A stretch of DNA of 63,950 bases, filler included, from Welwitschia mirabilis (lineage: Eukaryota), in the NCBI GenBank assembly GCA_051453625.1. It is 4 parts of one record of this genome, joined end to end, with 100 filler letters (N's around TTAATTAATTAA, not from the genome) between each part and the next. Parts side by side here need not be neighbours in the genome. Positions count along the whole stretch, not along the records: positions 1 to 26,632 come from JBOZIK010000001.1; 3 more parts are not named here. The stretch is one strand, 5' to 3'. The translations under genes and the position numbers were made by a program. Of the stretch, positions 12,198-24,469 are shown piece by piece. The notes below the pieces were generated by a model. The model saw only the letters and a list, made by a program, of their open reading frames with translations. It was not told the origin of the DNA and searched no databases. The stretch's first letter is position 1; every line of letters begins with the position of its first letter.

Positions 12198-13249
12198 TTA
12201 ATAATAGCATGGTGTTATTACTAATATTTCTTCTAGTTTTTTATTTTCCTTCATCTATTTCTTTCCTTTTCTTTCTAGTGATTAGTACTGATCCTTTATA
12301 GTGTTACTTTAACTGGTCTATTTTTCTTTTCTTTTCTGTACTTTATAGTGGTTAGTACTAGTCCTTCTAGTGTTATCCAAACTAGACTAGCTTTGTAAAA
12401 GTTTGTTTTTGATTTTCTAACTTGTTTTCTATATGTCTAATGTTTGTTACAAGTTGCTTTTGGAGTCTTAAAGAACTTTAAAAACTTTTTAACTAAGCAT
12501 TGCATGCATTTTTTGGTTTTTTTTTTGCATTTTCTATATTTTTCCTTATTTTTTTCCTATATTTCATTGTGTATATAAAATGTTCAATCTTATTAAAAAT
12601 TTTAAGTTTGACTTTATTACATTATGCTTGATTTTTATTCATGTTTTTTTATCTTGGTTTAATTTTTTTTTCTAACCTTGTTACTTAAGAAATACTATGT
12701 AATTGTGATGAATCCCTATGTAAAAACTTCATATGTAACTTGCAACATAACTCATGTTGTCATATTTTCCAATTAGTTCCTCTAGTGTTCTAGCACAGAA
12801 CATTCTATTCTCTTGATAAAACCATCCTTATAATCTCTGAGATCCTTTCTTACAACCATCCAAACCTATTTTTTTATATGACCTAAACTTGTGATACAAT
12901 AAGAAGATTAACTTGAAATAATATGGACTCCTTTACTGATCACAAAAGAATGAGAGAACTTAGAATCCAAAGTTGAGTTTGAGATGACTCTAAAGAATAA
13001 ATATCAACCATATAAAATAATCAAAATAATTAAACTAACTCATCATAAAACATTCTAAATGATCCACTTGATTCCTTTGTTGAAATCTTATCAAATCAAT
13101 AAATTCCTCAATAGGTAACAACATGTTATTTCATCCAAAAAGTGGTAAAAATTTAAGCATCTTTCATTGCTACCACTAATAAATTTGGATAATCCCTTTG
13201 TGATTACTTCTAACTGCAAAGCTTAGGAACATCATCTTACATAGTGTTA

Positions 13250-14986
13250 TCACCTATTAACTAAGAGATAAATTTTAAACCTTTTACTATTCAATAGTTA
13301 CCCCATTTCCAGGGCCTTGAATCAAAAGATCTATATCTACACCTTAAGGAAATTGATGCATCTTAGTAAACTTTCCTTAATGTCTAAATACTTATAATGC
13401 ACTTTGACTTACTTTATTCTTCTTTTCCCTAAAATAAAAGGTAAAATCCTAGTTATATGCTCTAAGATCCTTCTCCATTACAAGTTGAGTGGACTTGAGA
13501 AAAGCCTTCATCTCTAAGTTCTTTCCCAGTGACAAGCCAAATGTCATTGGGAAAGAAATCATGAACTTTTAATAGAAGGATCACAAAACATTTTCTTAGA
13601 TCTTAGAAAGATATAAAGATCTATTATTAAAATGCCCTTAATATGGTTTTGAACTAAGTAGGAGATAAGTTTCTCCTATGATGGGTTATCCACAAATGAT
13701 TACCAACTAGTGGAAATGGTGATTTATGGTAATTTTTTAAGAATACCCCAAGGTGAGGTTTGGGAGTATTTTGAAAGTGTAGCTAAGAGCTTTAAAAATT
13801 AGGATAAACCTATGAAACCATCTAGATAACATCATCCATTTAGGTCAGTAAGTACCCTTAAAATCCTTGACAGCTTTGAAGTAACAAACTAGATGAGTTA
13901 GCATAAAAAAAAGAATTCTTAACCACTTTACCTTCACCTTCATTGATGATTATTAAATTTGAATGTCTAATTTTTTACATTAAAACTCATGTAAATACTG
14001 AATACCCTTTTATTTCTCTATTTGAAAACAGAATTAATGAATAGGTAAACGTGGTAGGAAAATAATGGCAAAACCCTAAGAATGACCATATTCAAATACA
14101 TACAACCCTAGGTGGAGTAATCACCCTAATTTTTCTTAGAAGCAAGACAATCAAATTAATTAATCAAGAAACTCATACCCTTTGTTCTCCTCCTAATAAT
14201 TTCAAATTAACTACAAAAGCCATCACCATCTAATGCATTGGAGGATACCCTTAAAACATTCATGAATACAAATGCAAATGAATAAAAGACTCAAACAAAG
14301 TATAAACCAACTCCAATAAACCATCACCAGTATCCTAGCATCAAGAAATAAAAGGAAAACATAAAAACTCCCCATGAGTACAAGGAAGAATTAAGCCACA
14401 TAGAATAAACAAAAGCAATTCACCTTATAAGTAGCATAGAGAGTAACCAAGGATTAACTCATATTACATTTTAAGATAAGGAGAAGGTAAAAGAAAAAGA
14501 TATAAATCCTTATAAAGGCCTTTAACTTTTTCCTAAGTTGAATTGTTACCTATATACAAAGATCTTTTACCTTTTACCCAATGTCTTAGAAAAAATAACA
14601 TTAAGAAACAATAACTTGAGGCCTTAGGCATTTTTAATGAAGTTAAAATCAACATACCTATCTTAGGAGAAATTAAAAATATGTCTGTTTATGCAAAATT
14701 CCTTAATGATATGTGCATAATAAAAAATACATGAATATTAAAAGTAAATCATTCTTAGCCTAACAAACAAATGAAATCATCCAAAACTATATTTTTCCTA
14801 AGTATAAAGATCTAGGTTATCCTACAATTGGCACTACAGTTAGAGACAAAAAAATTAAGCAAGCAATGTTAGATTTGGGAGTAAGTATCAACATTTTATC
14901 TCATATTATTTATAAAAAACTTGGCTTAGACAACCTTAAATACACGAAGAGGAAATTACAATTGATAGACAATTTTATAAAGTCAT
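13250..14986 (+). pseudogene. gag: Athila gag and aspartic protease remnant
   Basis: LPHFQGLESKDLYLHLKE (gag); VKINIPIL...YAKFL; KYKDLGYPTI...AMLDLGVSINIL (protease DLG motif). Confidence 0.85.
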
Positions 14987-16258
14987 TGTTGAGATGTGAA
15001 TCTATGCAATCTTGAAGTCCATTAGGTAAACTTATAAATCAAATAGCTTATATAAAAAAAACATGCTAGTATAGATGGGAGTTCACCTGAATGTTGTAAT
15101 TCCAATGAAGGCATTAAATTGAAAGTTATAAAATTGATTTCCAAAGATATTTTTATTTATTAATCCCTTAATAACTGAAAGTAAATAATGAAGTAAAATG
15201 CAATGCAAAGTGTATGAAGATGAAATTCAAATGAAAGTGGAATGAATTCTATTGGATCTTAGTCCTTCTATTACAAGAACTAGCTTCTTCATAATTAAGA
15301 TCAATTAAGAAGAATTCTTAACTTATTCCTAATTAACATGAACTATGAGATATACTAAATAGAATATGGAATGCAATGTGAAATGAAAATGGAATAACAA
15401 TGCAAATCTAAAATAGTTAAAGTCAACCTTAATAAAGGTTGCCTTTATGATCTAAATAAATTACAGAATTATCACATTAAAATATAACCAAATTAAACCA
15501 TAAAGGACATAAACATAATTAGAATGAAAAGAGTAATTGTATTATTCAAAAAGTAATTGTATTAATTCAAAGAACTTTACATATACTTACAATAAAATAA
15601 TAGTACCTCAATGGAAGAGACTTAGCCTAACATCAAAAAAAAAACTTCTTTTTGTAGCTACTAGATGAACCTTTTATTCTTCAGTCCCCTATCACAAGTA
15701 TATCAGGTATAAAAGATGAAAATATAAATAAAGGAGGGGAAAAATATTTATATTTTTACATTGAGGTTCTAGAAACTTAAATCTTGAAGCTAGAAAAGAA
15801 ACCCTAAAAGTGCAAATCGTTTACTTGACCTCATTACAAAGATAATTCTTTCTAATCATATAAAAATAGCTATCATCCTGGCTGTCATGGGCATGACAAA
15901 GGGGATGTTATCCTACATTAAAAGGCACTTTATTAGCTTCATGTCCTACTATTAACCCCACATCTTTTGTCTATGTTAGCAGTTTTGTCGTCATGCCTGT
16001 TGTTGAGATGACAGAGGGGATGATAGGATTCCTTATTTTTAATGTCAATGGTAAGTTAACTTTTGCATGATGAATCCTTCTTTCAAGCATGCAATGTTAA
16101 AATAAGCCTAAGAAACCTCCAACTATTTTAAGAATCACATGTTTCAATGATCATCCTATCAGATCTCTATAATCATCAATATTACATCCAAACCTATATA
16201 ATTGTCCTGCAAAAGCATTCAATACACCATCAGATTCTTATAAATTGACATCATAACA
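14987..16258 (-). repeat. 3' LTR of A4
   Basis: Termini TGTT...AACA, adjacent PPT, homologous along its length to 33578-34828. Confidence 0.8.
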
Positions 16259-16272
16259 TAGCCCCCACTTAG
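16259..16272 (-). promoter_or_regulatory. Polypurine tract of A4
   Basis: Minus strand AAGTGGGGGCTA immediately precedes the LTR; the same motif occurs at 34829. Confidence 0.7.
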
Positions 16273-18369
16273 ACTTATCAGTCCCTAAAAAAATGAACGA
16301 TTAAATATATTATAGGTCGATTTGACTAAGATAAAATAGTACTAAAAAGATGTAAATTGAGTTCAACTAAATCATGTAAGAATAGATATCAAAAATAAAT
16401 GAACTAATATAAATGCTGAAAATATCCCTAGGACACTTACTTAAGCATGTTATCACAGAGAAAATGAATACACATACAAAAATCATAAAATGTAACATTA
16501 ATAGCTTAGAAAATTATAATGCATAGAAATAGAGACAATGGATTGATGTTATAGACTTAAGTAGTGCTAATCTCGAAAGAGTGATGCACTAGTGTAATCC
16601 ATGAGGGCAAAAGGATAGAGTAGATATAGCATTCTTTTTTTAATTTTAAATGATCTAAATCATAGCTACAAGAAAACCTTATGAGAGTGCTATTGTATTC
16701 CTACAAGATAAAGTTCATGAATTTATTCAATTAACATGAAAAATAAATCAAAACAACTCATCATGTATTTGTAATATGAAAGCTTAAAACATGACCCTTT
16801 CAAAAATTTATGCTCAATATCATAGAATAAAGTCTAGAAATGTGTCTTGGCCCCCCACAGAAGAAATACAACATTTTGAATTAAACTAAAGAGAAAAAAT
16901 AAATGTCATCCTATTTGTTGTGGGGATGACAGACATGGGACAATAGTGATCTAATGAGCTATTTAGAAAGAAAAGATAAATCAGGAAAATTTAGAAAATA
17001 GGCAAACACACCAAAAATAGCAAAAAATTAAAAAGGTAGAAATTAAAGAAATATCCTAAAAACATACCATGATGGAGAGGAATGCATGAAGAAAAGTGTA
17101 AAAATAAAAGAAAATGCACTAAGTAGAAAGAAATAACGCTCATAGACTTCACAAATGTGCCTGAACTCATGAAAAAAGAAAAACTAGAACTCATCACATC
17201 ATGGAAACATATCAAGAATTAATCCTCTATATAAAAGAGGAAAACACATCAACAAAAAACTAAAAAATAATTATATCCATAATATTATGCTAAAAAGTAT
17301 GAAAATAACTTTGAAAAATCCAACAAAACAGCTAAAGAAAAATAAAATGAAAATGAACAACTAGGAACATAAAGAATATTGCTTACTTATCCTAAATTCT
17401 AACCTAACAAATTTCCTTGGTAATAATTATAAAATCAATTAATGAAAGATGCATGATAGTATGTAAAAACTATTATCACTTAATTAGACAACGATCATGA
17501 TGATGTCAAGTATATCTAATGTTATCAAATAAGGAATGATAAGATAAAAGGTTGTTTAAAATAGGAACTTACAAGCTACCATATCAAAATAATACTAGAA
17601 CTTTAAAAGTAGAGCGATCATGTAAAAGAACTCTAAATAAATAAATAAAATAATTTTGAAAAACCAGCAATACCTCTAATGACATTGGGAACATTACTGA
17701 TCTTGTAGCCTCGAAGTAAAATTTATTCTACCATGATGAAGGGAGTTCAACCACTATTAGAGGAGTAAGGACCTACATAACATGGCTAAATAATCCCCCA
17801 GTGGAGTTCCTATAGCTACCATATCACACTGCCAAAGGCCCCTATTGGGAATGTTTACCTCAGTACACTTGCAATAGGACATCATGGTGATCATGTTTTT
17901 GAGATATAACATGAAAGAGCATTATCTTTATTTCTTTTCTTTTCTTTTATTTCTTACTTTTTTTCCTTTATTTTTTTCTTTTCTTTTTTTTTTTTTAATG
18001 TGAAAAGACATTCCACATGACCAAGTACTTATAATGGTAAAAGTGAAGTAATGAGATGAGTAACAAAGTAAGAAGATGCAAAAATAACTAACTACTCACA
18101 CTACTGAAAAAGAATAAAAGAAATTACTCATACTATTGAAGGAGAATAAAAGAACCAAGGCATCTTCCTTCAAACATACAAATTTCTAAAAATTAGATGA
18201 ATCCAATCTTATCATTTAAATGCCCAAGTAAAATATTACTAATAATGGAAACTTCATAAATAAATACATATGTCAAGTTAAAAATATTCAACTAATAACA
18301 TGATGTTTACCTAAGGAATCAGTTAATAAGAAATTTAGACAATGACAAAAGGAAGGTCCTCCTCATTAA

Positions 18370-21300
18370 GAAGGATTTCAAAAATAAGTGTTTTCATCAT
18401 GTTTAAGATTTTATTAGAAGACGACTCATAAATTTTTAACCTTTGTCCATTTAAATTTTGAATTTCTATAGTGTTTAGATTAGAGATTTCAACCAAGTTA
18501 TTTGAATATACTTTTTCTATAAGATAAGGACCTAATCATTTAGAAGTTAACTTGTTGTGTAAAAAGTGTACACAGGTTTTATATAGAAGGACAAGTTGAT
18601 TAGATTAAAATTTCTTATGAAAAAAGGTTTTATCATGTCTAAACTTGATTTGAGCTTTATGAATAAGTTGATGATGTAAAGCATGAGTACATTTTTCATC
18701 TAAATATTCAATTTGGATTAATCAAGTTTTAAGGATGTCATTCAAGTTTATAAGATTAAGTTGATGGGGAATTGATAAGAATTATGGGAAATATCAATCG
18801 ATAAAATACAAACTTTTCTATACATATGTTAATATGTTGATAAATCTAGAGAGTTATGTCAAGTAGTATAATAGGATCAAAGAACATTATTAAGTTTAGA
18901 GAACCATGTTTTTCTATTGACAAAGACTAATTTCTAAAGCTATTTTTTATTTCTCTATTTTCATTTTTGGCTTGATCATTAGTTTGAGAATGATAGGCAC
19001 ATGCAATTCTATGTTTAATAGAAATGGACAGAAGGAGTTTTCAAAAAAGGTGGTTAACAAAATGAGTTCGCTAATCACTATAGATAATTTGTAGAAAACC
19101 AAAACATTGAAAGATATGAGTTTGAACAAAATTGCAAATTGTTCAAGCATCATTTTTGATAGTAGAAATAGCTTCTACCCACTTAATAACATAATTAACT
19201 ACTATAAGGATATAATTTTTGTCATGAGAAGGTGGTGTAATTGCGTCTACAATGTTAATTTCATAACAATCAAAAGGTTCAGATTCAAGTATAGGTTTAA
19301 GGAGCATATATTAAGAACTAGTTAGACTACTGTAATATTAACATGCATTACACCTTCTAGAAAAATCAAATGAATCCTTGAAAAAAGTAGGCTAGTAAAA
19401 ACTTGAGTGAAGAATTTTCATGATAGTCTTTTGGCCACTAAAGTATTTCCTACATATTCTAACATTACAAAGTTTTAGTATTTCTAATCTTTCCCACTCA
19501 AGTACACACTTACGCATGATTTGATCTTTGCAATGTCTATAAAGATGTGTTTTATTCCACTCATAGTCATCAATCTTATAAAAAAATGATTTACATTAGT
19601 TGTGGTTTCAATGTTGAGGAGTTTTTACAATAATAAGGTAGTTAACAATATCAACATGCTAAGGAGTAGGATAAGTAGAAGAGATAGAATAAAGTTGCTT
19701 AATTGCAAAGATTTGTTCATCTCGAAAAGAGTCATTTATGGGAAGTTCATCATGAGAGAAAGAAAGTTGAGATAGATGATCGACAACACTACTATGTTTT
19801 CTAACCTTATTAATGATAGTGAGAGTAAATTTTTACATGAGAAGAATCCACCTAATAAGTCTTATATTAGAGTTTTTCTTAGTCATAATATAGCAGATGG
19901 TTGCATGATCTATATATATGTTAATGTAAAAATCAAGAAGATAATGTCAAAGATGATCTAGTAAAAAGATAATAGCAAGCATCTCTTTNNNNNNNNNNNN
20001 NNNNNNNNNNNNNNNNNNNNNNNNNNNNNNNNNNNNNNNNNNNNNNNNNNNNNNNNNNNNNNNNNNNNNNNNNNNNNNNNNNNNNNNNNNNNNNNNNNNN
20101 NNNNNNNNNNNNNNNNNNNNNNNNNNNNNNNNNNNNNNNNNNNNNNNNNNNNNNNNNNNNNNNNNNNNNNNNNNNNNNNNNNNNNNNNNNNNNNNNNNNN
20201 NNNNNNNNNNNNNNNNNNNNNNNNNNNNNNNNNNNNNNNNNNNNNNNNNNNNNNNNNNNNNNNNNNNNNNNNNNNNNNNNNNNNNNNNNNNNNNNNNNNN
20301 NNNNNNNNNNNNNNNNNNNNNNNNNNNNNNNNNNNNNNNNNNNNNNNNNNNNNNNNNNNNNNNNNNNNNNNNNNNNNNNNNNNNNNNNNNNNNNNNNNNN
20401 NNNNNNNNNNNNNNNNNNNNNNNNNNNNNNNNNNNNNNNNNNNNNNNNNNNNNNNNNNNNNNAAAACCCCCTACAACAATTTTTCTTGCATTACACATAA
20501 GTTGAAAATCTTTACTCTAATAAGAACCTATGACAATATGTTTAGAAGAAATATTTTCTTTTAGAGTTTCAAATGCTAGTTAGAATGAATTGTTCCAATC
20601 AAATTTAATATCTTTTTCAAGTCAGAAGTGGAGATATTTCCAAATTCTAGCATGATCATGAATAAAACATCAATAAATACCATCATGACTAAGAAAAGAT
20701 CTAACTTGTTTAACATTAGTTGGAGAACTAAGGTTTTTTAATGATATCAACTTTTGTGGATTCCATCCTTATCCTTATTTTAAAATGTGATGTCTTAAGA
20801 CAATTCAGGAGAAAACTCTTTTCCCAACACAAATGTAAACCACTCTTAATACATTGATGTAGGACTTTCTCTAATCTTTCTATAGTTTGTTCAAAGGTAT
20901 TACCAAAGATAGAGAAGTCATCCATAAATATTTTAATAGCATCCTCTATCATATTAGAAAAGATCCCCATCATGGCTCATTAAAAAGTTTCAAGGGCATT
21001 GCAAAGTCCAAAGGACATTTGGCTAAAAGAAAAGATTCCAAAGGATGAGGTAAAAGTGGTTATATCTTGTTCTTCACTTGCTCTAGAAACTTGATTTTAG
21101 TCACTATATCCATCAAGAAAACAATAGTAGGCATGACCTTAAATTCTATCAAGCACTTAACGAAGAAAAGGTAAAGGATAATTATCCTTTTTAGTGACCT
21201 TATTACGTTTTCTAAAATTTATGCACATTCTTCATTTTCCCTCTTTCTTTGGAACTATTATTAAAGGACCTACCTACTCACTATCGGATATGTCATGTAN

Positions 21301-22165
21301 NNNNNNNNNNNNNNNNNNNNNNNNNNNNNNNNNNNNNNNNNNNNNNNNNNNNNNNNNNNNNNNNNNNNNNNNNNNNNNNNNNNNNNNNNNNNNNNNNNNA
21401 AGGACCTACCTACTCACTATCGGATATGTCATGTACAATTTTGACATCCATAAGTTTAAGGATTTCATCTCTAATGATTTTTTAAGGCCTAATTGAGTCT
21501 TCTTTGGGGCTATCTAATAGGTTTAGCATTATCTTTAAAGTAAATCTTGTATTAAACTATGAAAAGAGGAATGGAAGCAAAGTATTTATGTGTCCAAGAA
21601 AAGGAATTTTCTTTTAAATTTAAGAGTGAGATCAACTTTGATTATTATTAAGGAGTGATAAGATCACTAATTATTAAGTGTTTCATTTGATTTTTAGATA
21701 GAAAAAATATTTTAAACTTGAGTAATTTCAAGGCTGATATTTTAAGCTATTATCCCATCTATTATGGGGATGACAGATGTGGGATGACACTCTACAAAAA
21801 GTTTCTTGACTAAGTAAAAATGTTGAGTTTATTCCTATTCAGTATGTCCTTCATCCTCAAACATAAGATAATGTGTTTTAGTGGGGTCATCATATAAATT
21901 TGGTTGATGTAGCATGATCAGTCTTTCCTCAATTGATCGATGTTGTAAAAACAAAGTTGATTTTAGTCCATCTTCAAAGTCAAACTCAGTTCCTGTGTTC
22001 TCTTTAGTAGTATTAAAAACTCTAATGGTAAATTGTATATTGCTAAAATGACATTCCATCATCTCATATTGTGTGTCAATGATACAATGGTAGTTATGCA
22101 AAAGGCTCTTCTTAAAATGAGTGGATAACCTCCATCATGTTCTATCTTAATAATGACAACATCTA
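18370..22165 (-). pseudogene. pol: Gypsy pol remnant (PR, RT, RNase H, integrase)
   Basis: FMDDF RT motif, VVDHLSQL RNase H end, integrase core and C-terminal motifs; many stops and gaps. Confidence 0.85.
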
Positions 22166-23633
22166 TATTAGATTATATTTGCTAATTGATGTTAAACTAA
22201 TTTCTCTTATGTAGTAAAAAAAATGTTATATCTTGTGTATAGTTGAGATTAGGTTTTACAAGTAAAAGAATTGAACCAAAATGCACCAAAAAAACTGCTA
22301 AGTTATATTAACCTCTAGTAAGGGTCGACTGGATCCTAAAGAGATTCGTTGCATTTACAGTAGTTATAAAGAAATGAAATAAACTCAGAGAGATTAACTG
22401 AATTCTTATAAGGTCAATCAAACCTATAACTTAAAGAATTAATGTCCCTAGACCAAATGGAAAGAGGTCAACTAGATTTTTATGAGGTCAACTAGATTTG
22501 AGAACCTGATAGATAGTAGCTTTAAACTAAGAGACAAGGGGTCAATAGGACCCAGGATGGTGTTGACCAGACTAGGGTCGACCAGATCCAATGGGTTCAA
22601 CTAGACTTAGAGAGTAAAAACTCAGGATAACCAAAGTCTTTTCTCAGGCTACCTATGTAATTCATGGCATCATATGGGGTCAACTGAATTTTTATGGGAT
22701 CGACCAGATAACATGAAAAAGAAATTTATCTAAACGTTATGTATCTATTTCCTAGCCATTACCTAGCCATTTTCTAACTGTTTATAGCTGTTAAAGGTGC
22801 AATTCATTTGTAATAAATCCTAATAGCCTTTCATTATAAATAGCTAGATAATAGATGACCTAGAGATCCTTTTTAGCACTATTCTTATTTAGCATAATCA
22901 TTGTGGATCTAAAATATTAAGTTATATTTTCATTAGCATATCATTGTATTGCTTCACATATGATCAAGGAGATCTATATTTGGCAAAAGAGCTTCACTCA
23001 GAATCAAATTTAAGAGCTTCATCATTGTGATCTATTAGAGAAAAGCTCCATTCATTGTACTACTATAGAACATGTGATATCTAAGCANNNNNNNNNNNNN
23101 NNNNNNNNNNNNNNNNNNNNNNNNNNNNNNNNNNNNNNNNNNNNNNNNNNNNNNNNNNNNNNNNNNNNNNNNNNNNNNNNNNNNNNNATCTATTAGAGAA
23201 AAGCTCCATTCATTGTACTACTACTAAACCTGTGCTATCTGAGCAATTAAGGAATCATCATATCACATCCATTGTTTTCAGAGGTTGAGACTTAGTTTGC
23301 GGAAGTCCATTATTTAAGCTTGAGACTTACCCTATAAAAGTCTACTTGTAAGGATTACAAGTAAACCTGGTAAAACTTGTGGAGTAACAAAGATCCGAGA
23401 TCAAGCTTAGAAGGTTGATAGTAGATAGTAGGGGAGTTTTCAAACCACTATAAATCCTAAGTACATCAAAATTGATATTTTGTGCTTTCTGTCCTTTTGA
23501 TTCTTTACTTTCATCTTTTCATTTTATGTATGCACTTTTTTGATTTTATTATTTTTTAAAGATGAACTGTGCTTAGATAAATTAATTTTGAAATAACCTA
23601 TTCACCTCCCCTCTAGGTTTCTCGATCCTATTA
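22166..23633 (+). repeat. 5' LTR of A5
   Basis: Start is homologous to the B2 LTR start (TGTTAGATTAT, here TATTAGATTAT). End CCTATTCACCTCCCCTCTAGG is typical of Sirevirus U5. Contains GGTCGAC-type palindromes. Confidence 0.8.
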
Positions 23634-23635
23634 GT

Positions 23636-23647
23636 TGGTATCAGAGC
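23636..23647 (+). promoter_or_regulatory. Primer-binding site, tRNA-Met(i)
   Basis: Perfect TGGTATCAGAGC. Confidence 0.95.
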
Positions 23648-24469
23648 AAGGTTAAGTCATCTTATTATATCTTAACTAATCTAGACTTAAAACCCTTTAA
23701 TGGATACTCTCTTTGATGAATTTTTTAGCATTCACTCCCTAAATACCTATGCCTTTATCTATTTTCTTTGGATAGTATATAGTTATATATTTAAATAGAT
23801 TTCAAAAAGAAAAAACTCATAGGGATTAAATGAAAGGAGACTTTCTTTTATGGCTTTTGTGCCACCATTACAAAATGTGCCAAAATACTTAGTCCATGAT
23901 GATGATGAAATGAGAAATGAAGATGAAGATGATTTAAAAGACACTTGTTAAGAGTTGTATCAAGAGTGTGAAAAACTAGCCAAAAGGATTAATAACCTAA
24001 ATAAGGTTATAAAATCCCTCACCAAGGAAAAGAATGATTTAGAATCAAGCTTTGAAAGAGTAAAATCTAAAAATGCCAACCTTACTTTGTAGGTAAAATT
24101 TTTTTCATATTTTGTTAACAAGTTTTCTGGTGGATCTACCAAATTAAAACAAATTCTTGAATTTCAAAAACTAGTTGGAAATAAATCAGATATTGGTTAA
24201 TCCCATAGAAACCTCAAGTACAGCAAACTTAAGTAACCAATTATGATAATCTTCTTTTAAAGTTTACATGTTATTTTTGTGGAAAAACAGGTCATTCAAA
24301 ATTTATGTGCAATGCTAGAAAGTTAATGTTGTTTTTAAATTCTGTTAGTTCTTTTCCATTTTAATTTACTCCTAAGAAGAATTACCACTTAAGTCTAAAA
24401 AGACTATATGAGTAAAAGCTAATGATCTTAAAATTTTATTGATTCAGATAGATTTCAAAGTTTCAAATA

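Larger units (their letters stand above)
10681..14986 (+). mobile_element. Athila element A3: 5' LTR, PBS, gag, protease; cut by the A4 insertion
   Basis: LTR, PBS and gag/PR motifs in canonical order; PR breaks at the TG start of the A4 LTR. Confidence 0.75.
14987..22165 (-). mobile_element. Athila element A4 (PR-RT-RH-INT, spacer, PPT, 3' LTR), nested in A3 and itself interrupted by Sirevirus A5
   Basis: RT KIFMDDFSIFG (ORF 20728..20973), INT ~18370-19620, PR end in ORF 21835..22101, 3' LTR at 14987-16258. Confidence 0.85.

Noticed and set aside
13590..13700. Possible snoR71-like RNA antisense to gag (also ~51930-52030)
   Set aside because: This part of Athila gag commonly produces spurious snoR71 annotations; it is coding remnant and I see no intact C/D boxes.
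17738..17890. Hammerhead ribozyme or C/D snoRNA identity for the conserved block
   Set aside because: No CUGANGA...GAAA core; ATGATGT is not a canonical box C and no conserved box D is present.
21266..21435. Direct repeats flanking N gaps (also 23029/23188, 33126/33278, 36788/37327, 48625/48906, 56656/56815)
   Set aside because: Near-identical sequence on both gap edges indicates unmerged contig overlaps, not real duplications.
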